Part shown: positions 29,484 through 38,681 of the stretch, in pieces
How positions within the stretch are numbered: the stretch's first letter is position 1
How the letters are laid out: every line of letters starts with the position of its first letter
NCBI GenBank assembly: GCA_963727765.1
Contig: CAVSGZ010000013.1
Coordinates: 344,491-408,490 of the forward strand
Direction of reading: 5' to 3'
Source: an uncultured Acidobacteriota bacterium
GTDB lineage: Bacteria > Acidobacteriota > Vicinamibacteria > Vicinamibacterales > Fen-181
DNA: 64,000 bases
Made by a program: the position numbers and the translations under genes
Notes under the pieces: model-generated
Told to the model about the DNA's origin: nothing
The model's database searches: none
The model's input: the letters and a program-made list of their open reading frames with translations, nothing else

Positions 29484-30809
29484 ATGAGACGCCTTTCGAA
29501 GTCGCTGTCGTTCGCCGCGGCTCTTACCCTCCTGGGTTCGGTCGCATTTCTCGCCACTGACGTCGGCGCGCAGCGCGCGCCAGCCCCCCAGGCCGCGTCC
29601 GAGAGCTGGCTGATTCGTCCGCAGCAGGTCTTCGACGCGACCAGCGAGCAGGCCCATCCCGGCTGGGTCGTCCTCGTCACCGGGAACACGATCGCCGCCG
29701 TCGGCCCGACGGCCTCGGTCACGCCGCCGGCCGGTGCGCACACGGTCGATCTGCCGGGCATGACACTGCTGCCCGGCCTCATCGAAGCCCACACGCACAT
29801 CTTCCTCCACGCCTACAACGAGACCACCTGGAACGACCAGGTGCTGAAGGAGTCGGAGGCCTACCGGACCATCGAAGCGGTGAAGCACTGCGAGACCACG
29901 CTGCTCGCCGGGTTCACCACGCTTCGCGATCTCGGCACCGAAGGCGCGGGCTTTGCCGACGTGGACGTGAAGCGCGCCATCAACGAGGGCCTGATCCCGG
30001 GGCCGCGCCTGTTCGTCGCCACGCGGGCCATCGTCGCAACCGCCAGTTACGGCCCTGGGCCGTTCGGTTTCGCGCCCAACGTGGACACGCCGAAGGGCGG
30101 GCAGGAAGTGAGCGGCGTCCCCGAGATGCTCAAGGCGGTCCGCGAGCAGATTGGCCACGGCGCCGACTGGGTGAAGCTGTACGCCGACTATCGCCGCGGC
30201 GCCGGTCCCTCGGTGCCGACCTTCAGCCTCGACGAGCTGAAGGCGGCGGTCGAGGAGGCCCACAGCGCGGGCAAGCCGGTCTCCGCGCACGCCTCCACCA
30301 CGGAAGGCATGCGGCGCGCGGTGGTGGCCGGCGTCGACACGATCGAGCACGGCTACGGCGGCACCGACGAGGTGTTCCGGATGATGGCCGAGCGCAACGT
30401 CGCGTTCTTCCCGACGCTGACAGCCGTCGAGGCCTCCGCCGAATACTCAGGCGCCTACAAGCGCGGCGGCGCGCCAACCCGCTCGATGGAGCAGGCAAAG
30501 CAGGCGTTCCAGCTCGCGATGAAGAACCACGTGGTCATCGGCCTCGGCGGCGACATCGGCGTCTACAACCACGGTGAGGACTACCGCGAGGCGGAGTGGC
30601 TCGTGCGCGACGGAATGACGCCCGTGCAGGCGCTGCTCGCGGCGACGGCCGTCAACGCGAAGGTGCTGCGCCAGGCCGACCGGATCGGCACGATCAGGCC
30701 AGGCCTGCTGGCCGATCTCGTGGCGGTCCCGGGCGACCCGACATCCGACATCACGACGCTCGAGAAGGTGGCGTTCGTGATGAAGGACGGTAAGATCTAC
30801 AAGCGATAG
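29484..30809 (+). CDS. amidohydrolase family protein (COG1228-like, possible Xaa-Pro dipeptidase), secreted
   Basis: ORF 29484..30809, with TATAAT at 29470..29475. Has the signal peptide [30 protein letters not shown], the metal-binding motif [13 protein letters not shown], and the later motifs VSAHA, DTIEHG and PGLLADLV. Confidence 0.8.
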   Translation: MRRLSKSLSFAAALTLLGSVAFLATDVGAQRAPAPQAASESWLIRPQQVFDATSEQAHPGWVVLVTGNTIAAVGPTASVTPPAGAHTVDLPGMTLLPGLIEAHTHIFLHAYNETTWNDQVLKESEAYRTIEAVKHCETTLLAGFTTLRDLGTEGAGFADVDVKRAINEGLIPGPRLFVATRAIVATASYGPGPFGFAPNVDTPKGGQEVSGVPEMLKAVREQIGHGADWVKLYADYRRGAGPSVPTFSLDELKAAVEEAHSAGKPVSAHASTTEGMRRAVVAGVDTIEHGYGGTDEVFRMMAERNVAFFPTLTAVEASAEYSGAYKRGGAPTRSMEQAKQAFQLAMKNHVVIGLGGDIGVYNHGEDYREAEWLVRDGMTPVQALLAATAVNAKVLRQADRIGTIRPGLLADLVAVPGDPTSDITTLEKVAFVMKDGKIYKR

Positions 30810-30817
30810 AGATCGGG

Positions 30818-31519
30818 ATGTCCACTTCGCGCACGCTCGCCGACACCGCCTACGTTCGCCTTCGCGACAGCATCGTCACGCTCAGGCTGGCGCCGGGCGC
30901 CCGGCTCACCGAGGTCGAGCTCGGCCGGCGCCTCGGCATCAGCCGGACGCCTGTTCGTGCGGCGCTGCTCCGTCTTCACCAGGAGGGGCTGGTCGAGACG
31001 CGCGGCGTGAAGCGGTCCGGCCGCGTCACGGTGGCCCCAATGACCGCCGCCGACATGCGCGAGCTGTTCCTCATGGTCGGCGCGCTCGACGGCGTGGCGG
31101 CGCGGCTGGCCGCCGAATTGCCCGAGACGCCGCGGCGGGCCGTGGCCGGCGAAGCCCAGGCGATCAACGCGCGCCTCCGGGCCCTCTCCGGGACAGGGGC
31201 CGCCGACATCCGCGCCGCGCAGGAGCTGGATATCGCATTCCACCGCTGTTACGAACAGGCGGCGTCGGGGCCGCGGCTGCTCGCGAAGCTGGCCGCCCTG
31301 CACGCCCGACGGGAGCGCTACGTCCGCGTGTACACGGAGGCGCTCTTCCACACGCACCACGAGCAGGAGTCGCTCGACGAGCACGGCGCCATCGTGGCGG
31401 CCATCTCGCGCGGAGACGCCGAGGCGGCCGAACGGCACGCCGTGTTCAATCACCGGAACGCGCTCGAGCGGTACCGGCGAATCGCCGCGAGCCGCGGCGA
31501 TCGCGAGGGTTGGAATTGA
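30818..31519 (+). CDS. GntR family transcriptional regulator (FCD subfamily)
   Basis: ORF 30818..31519. Has the HTH YVRLRDSIVTLRLAPGARLTEVELGRRLGISRTPVRAALLRLHQEG. It is paralogous in layout to 25326..26129 and lies 8 nt after the amidohydrolase stop. Confidence 0.85.
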   Translation: MSTSRTLADTAYVRLRDSIVTLRLAPGARLTEVELGRRLGISRTPVRAALLRLHQEGLVETRGVKRSGRVTVAPMTAADMRELFLMVGALDGVAARLAAELPETPRRAVAGEAQAINARLRALSGTGAADIRAAQELDIAFHRCYEQAASGPRLLAKLAALHARRERYVRVYTEALFHTHHEQESLDEHGAIVAAISRGDAEAAERHAVFNHRNALERYRRIAASRGDREGWN

Positions 31520-31544
31520 CCACGTCACTCGACGGGAGACGATT

Positions 31545-32729
31545 ATGTCGCTCATTCAAGAGAAGATCGCCCAGGCCGCACTCATCCTGAGGGAACTCGA
31601 TATCCCCTGCTGGCTCACCTTCGTGCGCGAGACGGGCATGAACGGCGATCCCGTGATGCCGTTTCTCGCGCCGTCCCAGCTCACCTGGCACAGCGCCCTC
31701 CTCGTGATGGCCGACGGAGAGGCGTACGCCATCGTCGGCGAGTTCGAGCGCAAGACGATGGAGGACACCGGGGCCTACCGGCAGGTCGAGGGCCACGTGC
31801 AGGGCGCGAAGGCGCCGCTGCTCGAGTTCCTGCGGAGCCGGAACCCGGCATCGATCGCCATCAACTACTCGACCGACAGCGAGGTCTGCGACGGCCTGAC
31901 GCACGGGATGTTCCTCACGCTGCAGTCCTGGCTCGCCGAGATCGGGTTCGAGAAGCGCCTCGTGTCCGCCGAGCGGATCGTCTCGACGCTGCGCGCGCGG
32001 AAGACCGACGAGGAACTGGGGCGCATGAAGACCGCCATCCTCCTGACCGAGGAGATCTTCGGAAAGGTCGGCCGGTTCCTGGCGCCGGGCGTCACCGAGC
32101 GCGACGTCGCGGGCTACGTGGCGGCCCAGGTCAAGGACGCCGGCCTCGAGGTCGCGTGGGAGCCCGGCACCTGCCCGGCCGTCTTCACGGGGCCCGACAC
32201 GGCGGGCGCGCACTACTCGCCCACCGGCCGCCAGGTCGAGCGCGGCCACATCGTCAACATGGACTTCGGCATCAAGTACCGCGACTACTGCGCCGACCTG
32301 CAGCGGACCTGGTACGTCCTCCGCGACGGTGAATCGGTGGCGCCCGCCGAGGTGCAGCGCGGCTTCGACACGATCGTGCGGGCGATCGAGGAGTCGCGAA
32401 AGGCCCTCAAGCCCGGCGTGACCGGACAGGCGGTCGACGAGGTGGCCAGGACGCTCATTACCGGCGCCGGCTACGCCGAATTCCCGCACGCGCTCGGCCA
32501 CCAGGTCGGCCGCTACGCCCACGACGGCACGGCGATCCTCGGCCCGGCGTGGGAGAAGTACGCCCGCCGGCCGTTCGTGCCGGTCGAGGCCGGCATGGTG
32601 TTCACGCTCGAGCCGCGCTTGACAGTGCCCGGCTACGGCGTCGCGACGGTCGAGGAAATGGTGGTGGTCACGCCGACCGGGGCGGAGTTCATGTCGGGGC
32701 CGCAGACCGAGCTGATTCTCATCCGCTAG
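31545..32729 (+). CDS. M24 family metallopeptidase (Xaa-Pro peptidase-like), cytoplasmic
   Basis: ORF 31545..32729, with no signal peptide. Has the ligand blocks NMDFGIKYRDYCADLQRT, HALGHQVG, FTLEP and TVEEMVV. Confidence 0.85.
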   Translation: MSLIQEKIAQAALILRELDIPCWLTFVRETGMNGDPVMPFLAPSQLTWHSALLVMADGEAYAIVGEFERKTMEDTGAYRQVEGHVQGAKAPLLEFLRSRNPASIAINYSTDSEVCDGLTHGMFLTLQSWLAEIGFEKRLVSAERIVSTLRARKTDEELGRMKTAILLTEEIFGKVGRFLAPGVTERDVAGYVAAQVKDAGLEVAWEPGTCPAVFTGPDTAGAHYSPTGRQVERGHIVNMDFGIKYRDYCADLQRTWYVLRDGESVAPAEVQRGFDTIVRAIEESRKALKPGVTGQAVDEVARTLITGAGYAEFPHALGHQVGRYAHDGTAILGPAWEKYARRPFVPVEAGMVFTLEPRLTVPGYGVATVEEMVVVTPTGAEFMSGPQTELILIR

Positions 32730-32785
32730 GCGCACCTGTCGCCGGCCGGATGCAACCTTCACGCGCCGCGCTGCGTATTGCAGGT

Positions 32786-32977
32786 ATGTGGCTCGTGAAG
32801 ACATCCGGCCTCATCGCCATCACGTGCGCGGTGCTTGCCGTGTCGGCGATCTGGTTGGTGCTGAGTGACCCGATCGCCGTGGCAACGGCCGTGCAGGCGG
32901 GCGACCTGTCTTCGGCCTACACCCTCGTTTCCCACGCCTTTCTCGAAGCCCTCCGGACGCTGCTGAAGTACCTCTAG
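32786..32977 (+). CDS. small hydrophobic protein (hypothetical)
   Basis: Internal ATG of ORF 32549..32977. MWLVKTSGLIAITCAVLAVSAIWLVLSDPIAVATAV.. contains one clear TM helix. No other support. Confidence 0.3.
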   Translation: MWLVKTSGLIAITCAVLAVSAIWLVLSDPIAVATAVQAGDLSSAYTLVSHAFLEALRTLLKYL

Positions 32978-33023
32978 GGCCACCGCGCCCCGGGGTCCGC
33001 CGGCCCGTGATAGCATCCTCGCC

Positions 33024-34617
33024 ATGGTGACCAGACCTTCCCGTCGCGTGCTGCTGGCAGCCCTCGCCGTTGCCCTCGCCCTCGCCGGCGCGACGTCGGT
33101 GCCGGCCCAGCCGGCACCGGCTGTCGGTGCGCTTCCCGCCGACTTCGATGCCTACGTCCAGCGGGTCATGAAGTCGTTCGATGTTCCCGGCCTCGCGGTC
33201 GCCGTCGTGAAGGACAACGGTGTGGTGCTGGCCAGGGGATACGGCGTCCGCAAGATGGGCGACCCTGTACCTGGTCGACGCGAAGACGCTCTTCGGCATC
33301 GCGTCGAACACCAAGGTGTTCACGGCCACGGCGCTCGGACTGCTGGTCGAGCAGGGCAAGCTCCAGTGGGACGCGCCGGTCGTCAACTACCTGCCCTGGT
33401 TCCAGCTCTACGACGCCTGGGTCACGCGCGAGCTGACCATCCGCGACCTGCTGGTCCACCGAAGCGGCCTCGGCCTGGGCGCGGGCGACCTGCTCTGGTG
33501 GCCTCCCAGCACGTACAACCGGAGCGAGATTGCCGCGCGCCTGCGGTACATCAGGCCGGCGACGAGCTTCCGGAGCGCGTATGCCTACGACAACGTGCTC
33601 TATCTCGTGGCAGGCGAAGTGATCGAAGCCGTCAGCGGCCAGTCATGGGAGGATTTCGTGTCCTCGCGCATCCTCGCGCGAGTGGGCATGACGAACAGCA
33701 ACGTCCGGCACTCGTCGGCGGTCTCCGGCGGTAACGTCTCGACGACGCACGCCGTCGTCGACGGAAAGGTGCAACCGATTTCGCCGTTCGTCAGCGACAA
33801 CACGAACCCGGCGGGCGGCATCAACTCCTGCGCCGAGGACATGGCGAAGTGGCTCAAGCTGCTGCTCGCCGAGGGTCAGCTGTCGGATGGATCCCGGCTG
33901 TTCGGCGCTGCGACCTGGCGGCAGATCTCGACGCCGGTGACGCCCGAGCCGAACAACCCGCCGCCTCCTGATCTGCCGGCTCTCCGGTCGAACTTCCGGG
34001 GTTACGCCCTCGGCCTCGAAGCCCGCGACTTCAAGGGATACAAGGTGCTCACGCACACGGGCGGCCTTCCAGGCTACGTCTCCCGCGTGCTGATAATCCC
34101 GGATCTCAAGCTCGGCGTCGCGGTGCTGACCAACCAGGAGTCCGGCGAGGCGTTCGACGCGATCGCCTACGCCGTGGCCGACGCCTACGCGGGCGGCGCC
34201 CGCACCGACTGGCTGGCCGGCTACGAGAAGATCCACGCGCGGACGGCTGCGGCCGTGGCCGAGGCCGACCGCAAGACAACGTCAGCGCGCAACAGCGAGT
34301 CGAAACCGTCGCTGCCGCTGGCCGCCTACGCCGGCACGTATCGCGACGCGTGGTACGGCGACGTCGCCATCGCGGTCGAGGACGGGAAGCTCGTCATCCG
34401 GTTCACGAAGACGCCCGCGCTTGTCGGCGAGCTCCAGCACTGGCAGCACGACACGTTCGTCGCCAGGTGGCGCGATCGCGAGTTGCGCGCCGACGCGTTC
34501 GTCACCTTCGCCCTCAACCCGGACGGCACGATCGACCAAGCGAAGATGCGGGCGGTGTCGCCGTCCACCGATTTCAGTTTCGATTTTCAGGATTTGCTGC
34601 TCAGGCCCGTGAAGTAA
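33024..34617 (+). pseudogene. beta-lactamase-fold serine hydrolase (class C / PBP-like), secreted; frame broken by one extra nt at 33264..33273
   Basis: ATG at 33024 reads MVTRPSRRVLLAALAVALALAGATSVPAQ..VVKDNGVVLARGYGVRKMGDPVP, then shifts +1 into ORF 33220..34617. That part reads VDAKTLFGIASNTKVFTA (SxxK nucleophile motif) ..YDNVLY... The span is 1594 nt, which is 3n+1. Confidence 0.8.
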
Positions 34618-34653
34618 GGGGTCGCGTACCACTTTGAACTTCCGAGGTCACCA

Positions 34654-36798
34654 ATGAAGCCTTATCTGCTCGTCGCCATCACAGTTGCCATGGCCATGCT
34701 CTCCGCCCAGCCGAATGCCCAGAAACCGACCTATCCCGTCGCGCACAAGGGCCCCCAGGTTGACACCTTCTTCGGTGTCAAGGTGGCCGATCCCTACCGG
34801 TGGCTCGAGGACTCCGACTCGACCCAGACCCGCGCCTGGATCGACGCCGAGAACACGGTCACCTTCGACTACCTGTCGAAGATCCCCGAGCGGGCAGCGA
34901 TCAAGGCGCGCCTGACGAAACTGTGGGATTACGAGCGCTTCGGCACGCCGTCGCGCGAGGGAGCCTGGTACATCTTCTCGAAGAACAGCGGTCTGCAGCC
35001 GCAGGCCGTCGTTTACAAGACGAAGTCGCTCTCGGCGCCGCCCGAGGTGCTGATCGATCCCAACACGCTGTCGAAGGACGGGACGGTGGCGCTGGGCGGC
35101 GTCTCGTTCACCGAGGACGGCCGCTACATGGCCTACTCGCTCGCGGCGAGCGGGTCCGACTGGATCGAGTGGCACGTGCGCGAGATCGCGACGTCGAAGG
35201 ACCTGCCGGATCTCGTGAAGTGGTCCAAGTTCAGCGGCGCCTCCTGGCTCAAGGACGGCTCCGGCTTCTACTACAGCCGCTACGACGAGCCGAAGGGCGA
35301 GGCGCTCCAGGCGCTCAACAAGAACCAGAAGGTCTTCTTCCACAAGCTGGGCACGCTGCAGGAGAAGGACGCGCTGGTCTACGAGCGGCCGGACAAGCCC
35401 GACTGGGGCTTCGGGGCGGATGTCACCGAGGACGGCCGCTTTCTGCTCATCACGCAGACCGAGGGGACCGACAACCGCAACCGCGTCTTCGTCCGCGACC
35501 TCGGCAAGCCCGGCAGCGCGATCCAGCCGTTCCTCGACGCTTTCGACGCCAGCTACTCGGTGGTCGGCAACGACGGCGAGACGTTCTACGTGCTGACCAA
35601 CAAGAACGCGCCGAGGTTCAGGCTGGTGGCCATCACGCTGCAGCATCCGGCGGAAGCCGCGTGGAAGACGCTCGTCGCCGAGGCGCCCGGCAAGGCCGTC
35701 CTCGAGAGCGTGGTGATGGTGAACAATCAGTTCGTCACGCTCTGGATGACCGACGCCCACCACGCGCTGCGCGTCTACGGTCTCGACGGCAAGCCCGGCG
35801 CGGAGGTCGCGCTGCCGACGCTCGGCTCGGTCGCCGGGCCGACCGGCCGGCGGTCGCAGAGGGAGATGTTCTACTCGTTCGGCTCGTTCCTCTATCCGAC
35901 CACCGTCTACCACTACGACTTCGCCACGGCGAAGAGCGAGGTCTTCAAGAAGCCGGCGCTCGCGTTCGATCCGGGCCAGTACGAGACGATCCAGGTCTTC
36001 TACCCCTCGAAGGACGGGACGAAGATCCCGATGTTCCTCACCTACAAGAAGGGGCTCAAGAAAGACGGCTCGAACCCGACGCTGCTCTACGGCTATGGCG
36101 GCTTCAACATCGCGACCATGCCGGCCTTCTCGCCCGCGGCGGCCGGCTGGCTGGAGATGGGCGGCGTCTACGCGGTGGCCAACCTGCGCGGCGGCGGTGA
36201 GTACGGCCAGGCCTGGTACGACGCGGGCCGGCTGCAGCACAAGCAGAACGTGTTCGACGACTTCATCGCGGCGGCCGAGTACCTGATTCGCGAGAAGTAC
36301 ACGTCGACGCCGAAGCTGGCCATCCAGGGCGGCAGCAACGGCGGCCTGCTCGTCGGCGCGTGCCTCACCGAGCGGCCCGATCTGTTCGGCGCGGCGCTGC
36401 CGGCGGTCGGCGTGATGGACATGCTCCGGTTCGACAAGTTCACGATCGGCTGGGCGTGGCGGTCCGACTACGGCGAGCCGGACAAGAACAAGACGGACTT
36501 CGACACGGTGATGAAGTACTCGCCGCTCCACAACATCAAGCCCGGCGCGAAGTACCCGGCCACCTTCGTGACGACGGCCGACCACGACGACCGCGTGGTG
36601 CCGGCGCACAGCTTCAAGTTCACGGCCACGCTCCAGGCCGCGCAGGCCGGGTCCGCGCCGATCCTGATCCGGATCGAGACCAAGGCCGGGCACGGGGCGG
36701 GCAAGCCGACCGACAAGATCATCGAGGAGCGCGCGGACATGTACGGCTTCCTCGTGCGCGAGTTGAAGATGACGCTGCCGGCAACGTTCGGAAAGTAG
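34654..36798 (+). CDS. prolyl oligopeptidase (S9A)
   Basis: ORF 34654..36798. Has a signal-like N-terminus, DPYRWLED, a propeller region, and the catalytic triad contexts IQGGSNGGLLVGA (Ser), TTADHDDRVVPAHS (Asp) and ETKAGHGAGKP (His). Confidence 0.92.
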   Translation: MKPYLLVAITVAMAMLSAQPNAQKPTYPVAHKGPQVDTFFGVKVADPYRWLEDSDSTQTRAWIDAENTVTFDYLSKIPERAAIKARLTKLWDYERFGTPSREGAWYIFSKNSGLQPQAVVYKTKSLSAPPEVLIDPNTLSKDGTVALGGVSFTEDGRYMAYSLAASGSDWIEWHVREIATSKDLPDLVKWSKFSGASWLKDGSGFYYSRYDEPKGEALQALNKNQKVFFHKLGTLQEKDALVYERPDKPDWGFGADVTEDGRFLLITQTEGTDNRNRVFVRDLGKPGSAIQPFLDAFDASYSVVGNDGETFYVLTNKNAPRFRLVAITLQHPAEAAWKTLVAEAPGKAVLESVVMVNNQFVTLWMTDAHHALRVYGLDGKPGAEVALPTLGSVAGPTGRRSQREMFYSFGSFLYPTTVYHYDFATAKSEVFKKPALAFDPGQYETIQVFYPSKDGTKIPMFLTYKKGLKKDGSNPTLLYGYGGFNIATMPAFSPAAAGWLEMGGVYAVANLRGGGEYGQAWYDAGRLQHKQNVFDDFIAAAEYLIREKYTSTPKLAIQGGSNGGLLVGACLTERPDLFGAALPAVGVMDMLRFDKFTIGWAWRSDYGEPDKNKTDFDTVMKYSPLHNIKPGAKYPATFVTTADHDDRVVPAHSFKFTATLQAAQAGSAPILIRIETKAGHGAGKPTDKIIEERADMYGFLVRELKMTLPATFGK

Positions 36799-36893
36799 GA
36801 AGCGCCGACCATCACCTTCCCAGTTGCGATCTTGGCGAGTCTGAGGTGAAATGCGCCTTGCATCCTCGCCAACAAGCTCATCTGGAGGGTCCG

Positions 36894-38648
36894 ATGGAGG
36901 ACCGTCTCGCGTCGCTGGAGCGGCAGGTGCGCGACCTGTCGGGCGCCGTGGCGTCTCTCGAACAACGGCTGGCCGCCCTGGAATCCACGCCGGCGGCGGT
37001 TGTCGGCGACGGTTCGCCGGAGGCGGCGCCCAGGTCTTCGGCGTCGGCGGCCCACGCGCCCTCGGGGGGCGCGGTCTCTTCCGGGTCCGACATCACGGTG
37101 GTCACCGTGCTGTCGCTCGTCGGACGCACCTGCCTCGTGCTGGGCGGCGCCTACCTGCTGCGGGCGCTGACCGACGCCGGCACTCTTCCCCGGATCGGCG
37201 GCACGGCGCTCGGCCTGATCTACGCCGTGGCGTGGCTCGGCCTCGCTTATCGCCTCGACGCGACGGGGCGCCGGCTGGTGGCGCCCTTCTACGGAATCGC
37301 AACCACGCTGATCGCCTTCCCGATCCTGTGGGAGGCGGCGGTCCGCGTGAAGCTGCTCACGCCGGCCGCGACGGCGGTCGCCATGGCGGCCGTCACCGCG
37401 CTGGCGTTTCTCGTCGCCGCCGCGCGGCGCATCCAGTCGCTGGCCTGGATCGTCACCCTCGGCGGCGTCGTGACGGCGCTGCTGCTCCTGCTCGCCGTCG
37501 AACCGCCCGACATCTCGCTCGGCTTCTACCTGGCCTTCCTTGGGGTCAGCACGCTGTGGCTTGGGTACTCGCTCGACTGGATCTGGCTGCGGTGGCCGGT
37601 GGCCTTCATCGCCGACGGCTACGTCCTGCTCATCGCCGGGTCGGTGGTCGGCCCGTGGCAGAAGGGCAGCCCCGGCGCGGTGATGGCGCTGCAGCTCGCG
37701 ATGTTCGCCGCCTACCTGATCAGCATCGCGGCGCGGACGCTCTGGCGATCGCGCGACGTGGTTCCCTTCGAGGTGGTGCAGACCGTGGCGCTGCTCGTGG
37801 TGGCTTTCGGCGGGGCTGTGTACGTCATGCAGGCGACTGGTGCCGGCGCGACGCCGCTCGGCCTGGCCAGCCTCGTCTTCGGCGCGGGCTGCTACGGCGT
37901 CGCCTTCGCGTTCGTCAACTGGCGAGCGGGGCGCTGGAAGAACTTCACTTTCTACACGTCGCTCGCCGTGGTGTTCACGCTCGCCGGCGTCGGCCTGACT
38001 GTCGGCGCGCTGGCGCAGGCCGCTTCGTGGGCGGTCCTTGCCATCGTCGTGGCGTGGCTCGGATACCGATACTCAGCGATCGCGATCGGATCGCACGCCG
38101 CCGTCTACCTCGTCGCGGCGGCCGTGTCCTCCGGCCTGCTCGACATCATCACCAACGGTTTCACTGCGTCGGCCGACCACGTGTGGGCGGGCGTGCCGCT
38201 GGCGGCGTGGGTGGTGCTCGCGGCGACGGCCGTGTGCGCGGCGGTCCCGGTGACGACGCGCGTGGAGGCGCCGCCGCGCCACCTGCGGATCCCGAAGGTC
38301 GTCGTGGTCATCCTGCTGCTCGCCGGCGTGGGAGCCGTGTGCATCACCTATGCGGCATCGCTGCTCGCGGGACAGCCCGGAGGCACGGCAGATCCGGCGG
38401 TGACGGCGGCGATCCGCTCCGTCGTGTGCGCGGCGGCCGTGCTGCTGCTGGCGTTTCTCGGCGGGCGCGGGTTGTTCGCCGAAGGCCGCTGGCTCACGTA
38501 CATCGTCCTCGTCCTGGGCGGCCTCAAGCTGCTCGTCGAGGATTTTCCGCAGGGACGGCCGGCGACGCTGGTCTTCTCGCTGGCCGTCTACGGCGCGGCG
38601 CTCATCGTGGCGCCGCGGTGGGCGCGGCGCGGAGGGGACGGCCGGTAG
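36894..38648 (+). CDS. DUF2339-like polytopic membrane protein
   Basis: Internal ATG at 36894 of ORF 36360..38648. Has the N-terminal coiled segment MEDRLASLERQVRDLSGAVASLEQRLAALE followed by more than 12 hydrophobic helices. Confidence 0.65.
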   Translation: MEDRLASLERQVRDLSGAVASLEQRLAALESTPAAVVGDGSPEAAPRSSASAAHAPSGGAVSSGSDITVVTVLSLVGRTCLVLGGAYLLRALTDAGTLPRIGGTALGLIYAVAWLGLAYRLDATGRRLVAPFYGIATTLIAFPILWEAAVRVKLLTPAATAVAMAAVTALAFLVAAARRIQSLAWIVTLGGVVTALLLLLAVEPPDISLGFYLAFLGVSTLWLGYSLDWIWLRWPVAFIADGYVLLIAGSVVGPWQKGSPGAVMALQLAMFAAYLISIAARTLWRSRDVVPFEVVQTVALLVVAFGGAVYVMQATGAGATPLGLASLVFGAGCYGVAFAFVNWRAGRWKNFTFYTSLAVVFTLAGVGLTVGALAQAASWAVLAIVVAWLGYRYSAIAIGSHAAVYLVAAAVSSGLLDIITNGFTASADHVWAGVPLAAWVVLAATAVCAAVPVTTRVEAPPRHLRIPKVVVVILLLAGVGAVCITYAASLLAGQPGGTADPAVTAAIRSVVCAAAVLLLAFLGGRGLFAEGRWLTYIVLVLGGLKLLVEDFPQGRPATLVFSLAVYGAALIVAPRWARRGGDGR

Positions 38649-38681
38649 CGCAGCCCGGTGTCGGGCGACGTCGGACCGACG

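Noticed and set aside
27087-30350. 1087-aa minus-strand ORF, the longest in the track
   Set aside because: It is antisense to the GRE and amidohydrolase genes. It has no recognisable motifs and an extreme Arg/Gly/Ala/Pro composition, so it is a shadow ORF.
34648-36693. 681-aa minus-strand ORF
   Set aside because: It is antisense to the prolyl oligopeptidase gene and is a shadow ORF with the same compositional bias.
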